Part shown: piece by piece, positions 42,645-51,823 of the stretch | Layout: each line of letters opens with the position of its first letter | How positions within the stretch are numbered: the first letter of the stretch is position 1 | Assembly: GCA_937903605.1 (NCBI GenBank) | Contig: CALCZC010000028.1 | Location: forward strand, 6,680 to 70,679 | Reading direction: 5' to 3' | DNA length: 64,000 nt | Source: an uncultured bacterium | Lineage (GTDB): Bacteria; Patescibacteriota; Patescibacteriia; Magasanikbacterales; GWA2-37-8 | Translations under genes and position numbers: made by a program | Notes under the pieces: model-generated | Databases searched by the model: none | What the model saw: only the letters and a program-made list of their open reading frames with translations | Told to the model about the DNA's origin: nothing

Positions 42645-43922
42645 ATGTGGGATACTTTTCAAAAAATTTGGAAAATAAAAGATGTCCGTAATAATATTTT
42701 AGTGGTAGTCGGTCTACTAGTTATTTTTCGCGTAGTAGCCCATATTCCGGTACCAGGAGTAGATGTGGTAGCTTTACGTAATTTTTTATCAGGTCAACAA
42801 ATGTTTCAATTTTTGGATGTTTTTGCCGGTGGTACGGTTAAAAACTTTTCTTTGATAATGTTGGGTGTGGCTCCATATATCACTTCTTCAATCATCTTCC
42901 AGCTTTTGAGCATGATCGTTCCGAAATTTGAAGAAATGAGTAAAGAAGGGGAAGGTGGACGTCAAAAAATAAACATGTATACTCGTTGGTTGACCGTGCC
43001 GCTGGCTTTTATTCAATCTTACGCCATGATCAAACTCTTGAGTAGTTCTGCCCGCTCTATTCTACCAGCCAATTTTACTGGTTTTGATATGTTGATAATC
43101 ATGGTAAGTATTACTGCCGGTACCATGTTTTTAGTTTGGCTTGGCGAGCTAATTTCTGAACGTAAAGTTGGAAACGGTATCTCTCTTTTAATCTTTGCCG
43201 GTATAGTTTCTTCTCTACCCACATCTTTAGGGAGTATGATTGCAAACTATAATACCGGAAGTTTCTATACTATTTTGATGTTTTTGGTTTTGACTATTTT
43301 GACCGTGGTAGGTGTTGTGTTTATCAATGAAGGGCAACGCCAGATACCGGTCAATTATGCTAAACAAATGCATGGTAATCGTACCTATGGTGGATCCAGC
43401 ACTCATTTACCGCTTCGAGTTAATATGGCTGGGGTAATCCCGATTATATTTGCGATTTCACTTGTTATGATGCCTTCTATGATGGCTCAGTTTTTTGTAA
43501 ATGCCAAAGCCGATTGGATAAAAGACGCCGCTTATTTTATTGTTTCTCTGTTTCAAAACCAAGCCTTTTATGGCGCAATATATTTCTTGTTGGTTTTTGG
43601 ATTTACCTATTTTTATACCGGTGTAGTATTTAATCCGCAAAAAATTGCTGAGAACTTACAAAAACAGGGAGGCTTCGTACCGGGTATTAGACCAGGTAAA
43701 GAAACAGAAATTTATTTACAAAAGACGGTCAATAGAATCAATTTAGTAGGAGCTTCTTTTTTGGGCTTGATAGCCGTATTGCCTTTATTGCTTCAGGTTA
43801 TTATTGGTTCACGTAGTCTGACTATTGGCGGTACTTCTTTATTGATTGCTGTGGCAGTGGCTATAGAAACTTATAAACAAATAGATTCGCAAGTAACGAT
43901 GCATCAATACGATCATTTATAA
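42645..43922 (+). CDS. secY: Preprotein translocase subunit SecY
   Basis: LGVAPYITSSII, GNGISLLIFAGI, PGIRPG, GGTSLLI. Confidence 0.99.
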   Translation: MWDTFQKIWKIKDVRNNILVVVGLLVIFRVVAHIPVPGVDVVALRNFLSGQQMFQFLDVFAGGTVKNFSLIMLGVAPYITSSIIFQLLSMIVPKFEEMSKEGEGGRQKINMYTRWLTVPLAFIQSYAMIKLLSSSARSILPANFTGFDMLIIMVSITAGTMFLVWLGELISERKVGNGISLLIFAGIVSSLPTSLGSMIANYNTGSFYTILMFLVLTILTVVGVVFINEGQRQIPVNYAKQMHGNRTYGGSSTHLPLRVNMAGVIPIIFAISLVMMPSMMAQFFVNAKADWIKDAAYFIVSLFQNQAFYGAIYFLLVFGFTYFYTGVVFNPQKIAENLQKQGGFVPGIRPGKETEIYLQKTVNRINLVGASFLGLIAVLPLLLQVIIGSRSLTIGGTSLLIAVAVAIETYKQIDSQVTMHQYDHL

Positions 43923-44025
43923 GAATAAATATAAAAAGCTTTAAATTAGCCCCGCTGATAAATAAGCGGGGTTAATTGTATAAAAAAGACGGTTTTGTTA
44001 TAATAAGAACGTAAAAAATAATCAT

Positions 44026-44694
44026 GTGAAAAAAATACTTATTTTTATTGGTAGCCCAGGGTCGGGAAAAGGTACTCAGGCCAAGCGTATCGCCAAAGAA
44101 TTTGGTTATGTTCATTTAAGTACCGGAGCTTTGTTGCGACGTTTAAGTGAAAAAAAAGAGATTCCAAGACGTATTGAAAAAGCTCTTGATTTTATGAAAA
44201 AAGGACACCTGGTTCCGGATTGGCTAGTTTATGAAATAGTTTTTCCGGAAATAGATAAAATACTCTTAAGAAAAGGCGGGGGAGTTATTTTTGACGGAGC
44301 TATCAGAAATTTAAAACAAGCCAGAGCTTTTCAAACTCACTTTAAAAAAATGAAATTGGAGAATGAAGTCCTGGCTTTACAAATAAAAATTACCAATAAA
44401 GAAGCTTTCGATCGTTTGACCAAAAGGAGGGTTTGTAGTAAATGTGATGAAATTATACCCTGGACTTCTTTGACCGCTAAAATAAAAAATTGTACCAAGT
44501 GTGGCGGTAAATTGGTATTACGCAAAGACGATAATTTGGCTGTAATCAAAAGAAGGATCAAGGTACAAGGGACAGGAGCCCAAAAACCGATTTTAGATTT
44601 TTATCGTCAACGCAAAATGCTCAAAGTGATAGATGGGATGAAAAGTATTGAAGAAGTAATGTTACTGGTAGAAAATGAAATTATTAGTTCTTAG
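44026..44694 (+). CDS. adk: Adenylate kinase (Zn-lid type)
   Basis: GSPGSGKGTQA, RRVCSKC..CTKCGG..RKDD. Confidence 0.93.
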   Translation: MKKILIFIGSPGSGKGTQAKRIAKEFGYVHLSTGALLRRLSEKKEIPRRIEKALDFMKKGHLVPDWLVYEIVFPEIDKILLRKGGGVIFDGAIRNLKQARAFQTHFKKMKLENEVLALQIKITNKEAFDRLTKRRVCSKCDEIIPWTSLTAKIKNCTKCGGKLVLRKDDNLAVIKRRIKVQGTGAQKPILDFYRQRKMLKVIDGMKSIEEVMLLVENEIISS

Positions 44695-44697
44695 TTT

Positions 44698-45492
44698 ATG
44701 TTGATTAAGACAAAAAAAGAAATAGATATCTTAAAAAAAGACGGTCAAATACTAGGCCAAATTTTAGCTAATTTAAGCAAAATTTGTGTTCCAGGAAAAA
44801 CAACTTGGGAAATAGATAAAAAAGCTGAAGAATTAATTTTGAAAGCTGGAGGTAAGCCGGCATTTAAAAATTATCAGGGCGATCCAAGAGATCTGCCTTT
44901 TCCTTCTACCATTTGCGCTTGTATCAATAATCAGATAGTTCATGCTATAGCTTCCAAAAAAGTTGTACTGAAAGATGGGGATATATTTACCATAGATATT
45001 GGCATGGAGAAAAACGGTTTATTTACTGATACAGCGATTACATTAGCTATTGGAGAAATTTCTCCACAAACAAAAGAATTAATGCGCGTTACAAGACAAT
45101 CTCTTGAAGAAGGAATAAAAGCCGTTAGGCCCGGGAATAGCGTAGCTGATATCGGAAAAGCAATAGAAAATTATGTCAAAAGCCAAGGGAAATACGGTAT
45201 TGTTAGAGATTTAGTTGGACATGGGGTTGGACACGGGGTTCATGAAGATCCAGTAATCCCGAATTATTATGATAGAAAATTAGAAAACTTTAAATTAAAA
45301 CCCGGAATGGTTTTGGCGATTGAACCAATGATAACAACAGGTGATTGGAAAATCAAAGACGGCCCGGACGGTTTTTCAATAGATACGGCTGACGGTTCAT
45401 TGTGTGCACATTTTGAACACACTGTTGTAGTTACTAAAGACGGTTGTGAAGTTATTACAAGAAGGCCGGATGAAAATCAAGAAATAATTTGA
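44698..45492 (+). CDS. map: Methionine aminopeptidase type I
   Basis: DIG..DTA, GHGVG..HEDP, AIEPM, AHFEHT. Confidence 0.96.
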   Translation: MLIKTKKEIDILKKDGQILGQILANLSKICVPGKTTWEIDKKAEELILKAGGKPAFKNYQGDPRDLPFPSTICACINNQIVHAIASKKVVLKDGDIFTIDIGMEKNGLFTDTAITLAIGEISPQTKELMRVTRQSLEEGIKAVRPGNSVADIGKAIENYVKSQGKYGIVRDLVGHGVGHGVHEDPVIPNYYDRKLENFKLKPGMVLAIEPMITTGDWKIKDGPDGFSIDTADGSLCAHFEHTVVVTKDGCEVITRRPDENQEII

Positions 45493-45624
45493 TTAAATAC
45501 TTTTTAATGACCAAACCCCAATGACCAATGACCAATCAAACCCTAAATCCCAATTACATTTAGACATTTAGGCATTGGGCATTGATTGGGAATTGGGATT
45601 TGGACATTGGGATTTTTAAATATT

Positions 45625-46011
45625 ATGAACATTCTCGGTGTTGATTTCGGCACAAAGCGTATCGGTCTTGCCTGGGTGAATAAAGAGCTCGGGGTTGTTT
45701 TGCCATACGGTCAAATCAGAGGTGCTGATAGGGAAGAAATGATGCTAAAATTAGCCAAATTTATCAAGGAAGAAAAAATAGACAAAGTTGTTTTTGGATT
45801 GCCGCTATCGCTTGAAGGAGAAGAAAGTAGTAATAGTAGACGAGTGCGTGAATTTGTGGATGAATTGAAAAAAAATATTAATGTTCCAGTTGATTTTTAT
45901 GATGAAAGATACAGCTCTTTTGCTGCTGATCAAATGGGAGGAGATGCTACGCGTGATGAAAAAGCAGCGATGATAATTTTACAAGATTATTTGGAGAATG
46001 AAGAAAAATAA
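45625..46011 (+). CDS. ruvX: YqgF/RuvX pre-16S rRNA nuclease
   Basis: LGVDFGTKRIGLA, GLP, DERYSS, AAMIILQDYL. Confidence 0.92.
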   Translation: MNILGVDFGTKRIGLAWVNKELGVVLPYGQIRGADREEMMLKLAKFIKEEKIDKVVFGLPLSLEGEESSNSRRVREFVDELKKNINVPVDFYDERYSSFAADQMGGDATRDEKAAMIILQDYLENEEK

Positions 46012-46732
46012 TATGCTTGCTTTTGTTTTAAAAAGAACCGATTTAAAAGAATTTGATCAGATAATCACTTTATTTACATCAGAAAAAGGTAAGATAGAGG
46101 TTTTAGCCAAAGGCGTGAAGAAAGTCACAGCCAAGAATTCGGCTTTTTTGGAACTGTTTTTTTTAATTGAAGCCGAAATTGTAGAAGGAAAAGAATTTTT
46201 GCGTCTTACCACTGCCACACCTGTAGAAAGTTTCAAAGAAATTCGCGCGGATTGGCAAAAAAGTTTATTGGTCGGATATATTTGTGAAATTTTGGCGCGT
46301 TTGTTACCGAATAATCAACCAGAAAGCAAAATTTTTAAATTATTTTTTTCATTTTTAAAATTTTTGGTGGAGGTAAAAGAAATAAGTAGGATTTTTAGTA
46401 TTGCTTTTATTTGGAAAGTCTTTGCTCTACAAGGTTATCTGCCTGTTTTAGACGCTTGTGTAGTTTGTGGAGAAGGTTATAATTTAAATTTCTTTTCATC
46501 TTTGAACGGGGGACTACTCTGTGATAATTGCAGAGATAAAAATTTATATTTACAAAAAGCTATTTTGTTAAAAGATAAAGATAAAGAAAATTTGAAAATG
46601 TTAGTTAGAAATGATTGGTTAGATATTAAAATAAGTAAAGAAGATGGAGAAAAACAGGAAAAAATTCTAAGCGATTTTTGCGCTTATCATAGCGAAAAAA
46701 AGGTTCCAGTCTTAAATTTTTTGGTAAATTAA
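45998..46732 (+). CDS. recO: DNA repair protein RecO
   Basis: EFDQIITLFT..GKIEVLAKG; CVVCG..GGLLCDNC Zn finger. Confidence 0.92.
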   Translation: MKKNNMLAFVLKRTDLKEFDQIITLFTSEKGKIEVLAKGVKKVTAKNSAFLELFFLIEAEIVEGKEFLRLTTATPVESFKEIRADWQKSLLVGYICEILARLLPNNQPESKIFKLFFSFLKFLVEVKEISRIFSIAFIWKVFALQGYLPVLDACVVCGEGYNLNFFSSLNGGLLCDNCRDKNLYLQKAILLKDKDKENLKMLVRNDWLDIKISKEDGEKQEKILSDFCAYHSEKKVPVLNFLVN

Positions 46733-46775
46733 AAAGGTTATTGACAAAAATACGTTTTATTTGTAACATATACGA

Positions 46776-46960
46776 TGTTCGATTGGTTTTAGGGCCATCG
46801 AAACTCCTGATGGAAGGAGAATTTTATCGGCTTGTTCTTCTTTGCAGAGAAGAACGCTAGAGCCGCGCTTCAAAAACTTTCATCTCGCGCGGTTAAAAAC
46901 TCCTTTATCAACTTCATGTTTACGCTCCTTTTAGCGCGGCCTGCAAGCCGTGCTTTTTTT
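46776..46960 (+). ncRNA. Candidate structured small RNA (~185 nt)
   Basis: TTGACA-17-TAACAT promoter at 46741, several hairpins, intrinsic terminator, no ORF longer than ~20 aa. Confidence 0.5.
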
Positions 46961-47028
46961 ATAAAAAATTCGTCCAATAGGACGAATTTTCTAATCTTGT
47001 AATCTTTAAATCTTGCAATCTTGTAATT

Positions 47029-48045
47029 TTACTCGACGAAAGGTCCGACAAATTCCATTTTTTTATCAGGATGCAAAATAGTTTTTCCACCAATTGGTAA
47101 AATTAACGGATTTTTATCCACTCCATGACCAAAATTTTCTACTTTTAGAATATATAATGGATTTTTTTCTTCTATTCTTCTTTGCAAAACATCGGAAATC
47201 AAATATTCAAAAACATTGGTAAACTTCATTTCGTGTTCACGATTAAAAATATCGTTAAAACGTCTGTATTCGCTACCAAGTTTTTTCTCGTTCATTTTTC
47301 CGATAACCAAAGCTTTTATTTTTTTGAAAACTCCGCGTGCATCCAAAGCGATAACTATTCTATGCAGATCCTCCAGATCCATATCAAGTTCTTCAATAAA
47401 TAAAATATAATCTTCCCAAGAACGGGGGTTTATCTCGCTAATATCCAATAAATCACGAAATGTACTAAAATTACCCCCGATGCAAATTCCTTCAATTGGT
47501 TTTTCAGGCGCTCCAGAGCCACCTATCCATTTATAATTTTTTTCTTGAAAAGAAAATTTATTTTTTTCTCCGGAAATAATATCAAAAAACAATTTGTAAT
47601 TATCTTGAACAAAAAGGCCGCAAGCGTTGCTGTAATGAAAAGTAAGAAGTTTGATTTTGAAATATAAATAATTTATCAAAAAAGTTGTGTCGGAAAAACC
47701 ACTTACAATTGGTTTTTGTTTTTTGAGACGCGCTAAATCTTCAGGAGAAAAACGACGAACAATATCAGCACACCCTGTTCCACCGTAAACAGGTAAAAGC
47801 CAATTTACCTTTTTGAGAGCTTTGCGAAGTTTACGTAAACGTTCTAAACCGGATGCAGAAAGATAGCGTGGATCAAGATAATTTCTTTCCACTTCAAAAT
47901 ATTTGGTTAGTGGGTATTGTTCTTTAAGTTTGCTTAAAGATTTTTCAAAAACCGACCAATCATTTTTTCCTACTGGGGAAGACGTATTAACCAGGTTAAT
48001 TTGGCTAAAATTAGTGATTTTTTTAGGATATAGCATATGTTTCAT
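47029..48045 (-). CDS. Peptidase S66 LD-carboxypeptidase family
   Basis: YGGTG, GFSDTT nucleophile motif, GGNF, LFIEE, FGH. Confidence 0.88.
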   Translation of the reverse strand: MKHMLYPKKITNFSQINLVNTSSPVGKNDWSVFEKSLSKLKEQYPLTKYFEVERNYLDPRYLSASGLERLRKLRKALKKVNWLLPVYGGTGCADIVRRFSPEDLARLKKQKPIVSGFSDTTFLINYLYFKIKLLTFHYSNACGLFVQDNYKLFFDIISGEKNKFSFQEKNYKWIGGSGAPEKPIEGICIGGNFSTFRDLLDISEINPRSWEDYILFIEELDMDLEDLHRIVIALDARGVFKKIKALVIGKMNEKKLGSEYRRFNDIFNREHEMKFTNVFEYLISDVLQRRIEEKNPLYILKVENFGHGVDKNPLILPIGGKTILHPDKKMEFVGPFVE

Positions 48046-48079
48046 ATTTTGCCTATTTTAGCACAAATTAGCCAAAAAA

Positions 48080-49048
48080 TCAAGGGGTTAATGACACTAG
48101 AACAATTTCCGGGATGGATAAAAATCTTATTTGTCCCCCAGACTCGCCAGCTCCTACTGAAGTATAAATAGGGGTATTTTTCCAATAATTTAATCCGCGG
48201 TAGAATTTTTTTGGTAATATCAAGTCAACACTCCCGATAGGGCCTATTATAGGCAAGTAAACTTGACCACCATGCGTATGTCCGGCTAAAACCAAGTCTG
48301 GTTTTTTGAATATTTCTGGATATCCAAGGATACCATCGGGATTATGAGCAATAAAAATCAAAGGGTGATTTTCTGGTAAATTTTTTAATTCTGAATAATC
48401 TTTTTTTCCAACGTAAATATCATCTATACCAAAAAGACAGAGATCCTGTTTATTTATTTTTAAACAGTAAAGATTATTTTTCAACAAAGTTATATTATTT
48501 TTTTTCATTTGATCCATCAATTCTTTTGTTTTATCACCAGTACCCAAATGTCTTTTGGACAAATCCATTTGTCCCAAACCATATTCGTGATTTCCAAACA
48601 CATAGAAACTTGGATATTTTTCCGCAACTTTTTTTAACGGCTCTAGATAGATGCTTTCGTCTTCAAAAACCCCTTCATTGTCGATTAGATCTCCGCCAAA
48701 AATTACCAAATCCGGTTCGGTCGCCATTATTTCATTCGCGATTTTTTCTATCCAGTCAGTTTTTTTATGTTTGCCGGCCTGCATATCAGCAACAAAAGCA
48801 ATTTTGATAGGAGTTTGAAAAGATGTATTTTTTATTTCTACTTGTTTGGTGATTAAAATAAAAGGCTCTATCAGGTGGGCGTAAAGAGAACAAAAAATAC
48901 CGAAAATTAATATAGATAAGAGCGAATAAGTGGTTTTTTGGTGTCGATTAAAAAACAGATCTTTTTGTCGTAAATCGCGAACTATAAAATAAACCAGCAA
49001 TAAAGCGGTGGAGATATAGCCGTAAACTATAACAGTAATAAAATTCAT
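48080..49048 (-). CDS. Membrane-anchored metallophosphoesterase (YkuE-like)
   Basis: N-terminal TM helices; GGDLID, GNHEY, HNPD, AGHTHGGQ. Confidence 0.9.
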   Translation of the reverse strand: MNFITVIVYGYISTALLLVYFIVRDLRQKDLFFNRHQKTTYSLLSILIFGIFCSLYAHLIEPFILITKQVEIKNTSFQTPIKIAFVADMQAGKHKKTDWIEKIANEIMATEPDLVIFGGDLIDNEGVFEDESIYLEPLKKVAEKYPSFYVFGNHEYGLGQMDLSKRHLGTGDKTKELMDQMKKNNITLLKNNLYCLKINKQDLCLFGIDDIYVGKKDYSELKNLPENHPLIFIAHNPDGILGYPEIFKKPDLVLAGHTHGGQVYLPIIGPIGSVDLILPKKFYRGLNYWKNTPIYTSVGAGESGGQIRFLSIPEIVLVSLTP

Positions 49049-49161
49049 AGTAGCTATATTTTAGCGGAAAATTTGGGTTGTGGCAATAATATGTACAAAC
49101 TGGACACAGCTGGTTATTTTTGGTACGATTTAGTTAATAAAATTAAAAAATAATTAAAAGT

Positions 49162-49539
49162 ATGGAAAAATTTAAACCTGAAGAAACCAGTTTGCCCCTG
49201 GAAGAAAAAAGGCAAGTAGATATGCAATTTGGTGGTAATGTAAAATTAAGTATGGATTATGTAAATGCTTATTTGATGATAGATTTTTGTAGACAACTAT
49301 CAAAATTTGAAGAAATGAAACCGATACAAACTTACGAAGAGTATTTTTCAGGGGAAGGAAAAAATCCAAACATTCTTCCGTATGTTTTAAAATTAAGCGA
49401 TGCTAAAGCAATAGAAAATCTAAATAGTCTAGTTATTGATTTTAACAGCGATCTAGATAGAATAAAAGAAGAAAAGGACATTGAAGCGGTAAAAGAATTT
49501 TTGGATAAGATAGGTATTTTAATGAAAGAAAAGAAATAA
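49162..49539 (+). CDS. Hypothetical protein
   Basis: 125-aa ORF followed immediately by a tRNA 3'-end fragment. Confidence 0.7.
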   Translation: MEKFKPEETSLPLEEKRQVDMQFGGNVKLSMDYVNAYLMIDFCRQLSKFEEMKPIQTYEEYFSGEGKNPNILPYVLKLSDAKAIENLNSLVIDFNSDLDRIKEEKDIEAVKEFLDKIGILMKEKK

Positions 49540-49648
49540 GGGTTCGATTCTCTCCCAGGGAACCCGGTAATAAAAAAGACAGGATTTATTCCTGTCTTTT
49601 AAGCGTTTAGTGGGACGCTGAGCGTCCCGATCACGACGCTTAGCGTCG

Positions 49649-49730
49649 TGCCCTAGGAGAGAATCGAACTCTCACACCTTGCGGTACACGATTTTGAGTC
49701 GTGCGCGTCTACCAATTCCGCCACCAGGGC
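49649..49730 (-). tRNA. tRNA-Leu(CAA)
   Basis: GCCCTGG/CTAGGGC acceptor stem; CACGA-CTCAAAA-TCGTG anticodon arm; variable arm. Confidence 0.93.
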
Positions 49731-49928
49731 CGATTATATTGTTTTGTTGTAAAAGTATCCAGTTTTAACTCTCAATGAGCCATCTTGTGGTCCTGAATCG
49801 AACCTGTTCTGGTTTAGGACCGCCACCAGGGCATTTTTATGTGTATAATTGTACCAAATTTTGATTTTTTGTCAAGCTTGTGATAAAATAAGTTCATCCA
49901 TAAAGAATTGGCTAATTTTAGACTATTT

Positions 49929-50717
49929 ATGTCAAAAGTCATTTCCGTAGTTAATCAAAAAGGTGGTGTGGGTAAAACCACCACAGCCGTGAATTTGGCT
50001 GCCGGGCTTGCTGAACTGGGCAAGTTTGTTTTGCTTGTAGATTTAGATCCGCAAGCTAATGCAACTTCTGGTTTAGGTGTTAATCATAACGAGCTTGAAA
50101 AAGGTTTATACCATGCTTTGATAAACGATCACCCGGTTCACGATGTAATAGTTGATTCTAAACACATTGGTTTGCGAATTTTACCAGCCACACAAGATTT
50201 AGCCGGAGCGAATGTGGAATTGGTAAATTTAGATAGGCGTGAATTTAAACTTGACGATCTTTTGGCACAAGCCAAACACGCTTATGATTATATTATCATT
50301 GACTGTCCGCCATCACTTGGTATTTTGACTCTCAATGGGTTGGTCGCCGCCGATCATATTCTTATTCCTGTACAAGCTGAGTACTATGCATTGGAAGGTT
50401 TGGGGCAACTTCTTAAAACCATAGCTTTGGTAAAAGAAAATGTTAAAGCTGAATTAAATGTTTTAGGAGCGGTTTTGACTATGTTTGATAGTCGCAATCG
50501 ATTGTCTGAGGAAGTTTTGCATGAATTGTATAAATATTTTCCTAACAATATTTTTCGTTCGGTTATTCCACGAACTGTTCGTTTGGCCGAGGCTCCTTCT
50601 TATGGTAAAAGCATTTTTCATTACGAACCCAGTGGTAAGGGAGCAAAAGCATATGAACGTTTAGCAAGAGAGTTTGTGGAGAGATTTGAAAATAATAATA
50701 ATTCAGATACAATTTAA
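49929..50717 (+). CDS. parA: Chromosome partitioning ATPase ParA/Soj
   Basis: NQKGGVGKTTT, DLDPQANATSG, IDCPPSLG, LAEAPSYG. Confidence 0.97.
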   Translation: MSKVISVVNQKGGVGKTTTAVNLAAGLAELGKFVLLVDLDPQANATSGLGVNHNELEKGLYHALINDHPVHDVIVDSKHIGLRILPATQDLAGANVELVNLDRREFKLDDLLAQAKHAYDYIIIDCPPSLGILTLNGLVAADHILIPVQAEYYALEGLGQLLKTIALVKENVKAELNVLGAVLTMFDSRNRLSEEVLHELYKYFPNNIFRSVIPRTVRLAEAPSYGKSIFHYEPSGKGAKAYERLAREFVERFENNNNSDTI

Positions 50718-50760
50718 TCTTTCAATCTTTAAATCTTTGAATCTTTTAAATTAATAATGT

Positions 50761-51678
50761 ATGTCTTTAGGCCGAGGTTTAGGCGCTTTAATTTCGTCTA
50801 ACAATAATATAAAAAAAGAACCGGTCGCCACAACTATTACTTCAAAAACAGGTAGTTTGGCTACCTTAGAAAAACCAATTAGCAAAAAAGAAGAAAAAAG
50901 TTCAGAAAATAATCTTTGGTTTATACCTGTAAGTAAGATTTTTAGTAATCCTAATCAACCGCGTAAAAATTTTAAACCGGAACTTTTAGACGAGCTTTCT
51001 GAAAGTATTAAAAAACATGGTGTTTTACAACCTCTTGTTTTATCAGAAAAATCAGATGGTAATTACGAGATTATTGCCGGAGAGCGTCGTTGGCGAGCCA
51101 GTAAATTGGCTGGTCTGGCTACCGTACCAGCTTTAGTAAAAGAATTTAAAGATCAAGAAAAATTAGAAGTGTCTCTGATAGAAAATGTACAACGAGCGGA
51201 CCTTAATCCTATTGAAGAAGCTTTTGCTTATAAACGACTGATGGAAGAGTTCGATTTGACCCAAGAAGAGGTAGCTGGCAGAGTAGGTAAGAGCCGTTCT
51301 TTTGTGGCAAATATCGTTCGTTTATTGGATCTGCCGGAGAAAGTAAAAGAAGCCTTGATAGATGGTAAAATTAATACTGGACAAGCTAGAGCTTTGCTGT
51401 CCTTGCCTTCTGATAAAGAACGTTTGGAAATGTTATCTTCAATGTTGGGACAAAAGATTACTGTTCGTGAGTTGGAAAGAGAAGCGCAAAAAATAAGAAT
51501 TAAAAAAATTCCGATCAAACGTGATGCAAACCTTCTTTTTTTGGAAGAAAAATTACGAGAAGCACTTGGTACAAAAGTTTCTATTTCCGCTCGCGGGGAG
51601 TCTGGTAGTATAAATATTTCATATTACTCCAAAGAAGAATTAGTACAACTTATTCGTAAAATCACTGGATTGGAATAA
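50761..51678 (+). CDS. parB: Chromosome partitioning protein ParB/Spo0J
   Basis: LGRGLGAL, NPNQPRK, IAGERRWRA, ENVQRADL, HTH. Confidence 0.97.
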   Translation: MSLGRGLGALISSNNNIKKEPVATTITSKTGSLATLEKPISKKEEKSSENNLWFIPVSKIFSNPNQPRKNFKPELLDELSESIKKHGVLQPLVLSEKSDGNYEIIAGERRWRASKLAGLATVPALVKEFKDQEKLEVSLIENVQRADLNPIEEAFAYKRLMEEFDLTQEEVAGRVGKSRSFVANIVRLLDLPEKVKEALIDGKINTGQARALLSLPSDKERLEMLSSMLGQKITVRELEREAQKIRIKKIPIKRDANLLFLEEKLREALGTKVSISARGESGSINISYYSKEELVQLIRKITGLE

Positions 51679-51728
51679 TATTAGATATTGAATATTTTAA
51701 AACATCCGACATAGGTCGGATGTTTTTT

Positions 51729-51814
51729 GTCATTCTGAGTGAAATGAAGAATCCCTTATAGTTTGCTTATTGTTTAAGCGTTGTCGAAGAGATCCTTCGC
51801 TACGCTCAGGATGA
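51729..51814. repeat. REP/MITE-like palindromic element, second copy
   Basis: GTCATTCTGAG..GAAGAATCCCTTAT..GATCCTTCG..CTCAGGATGAC, similar to 23228-23316. Confidence 0.8.
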
Positions 51815-51823
51815 CGCGAGACG

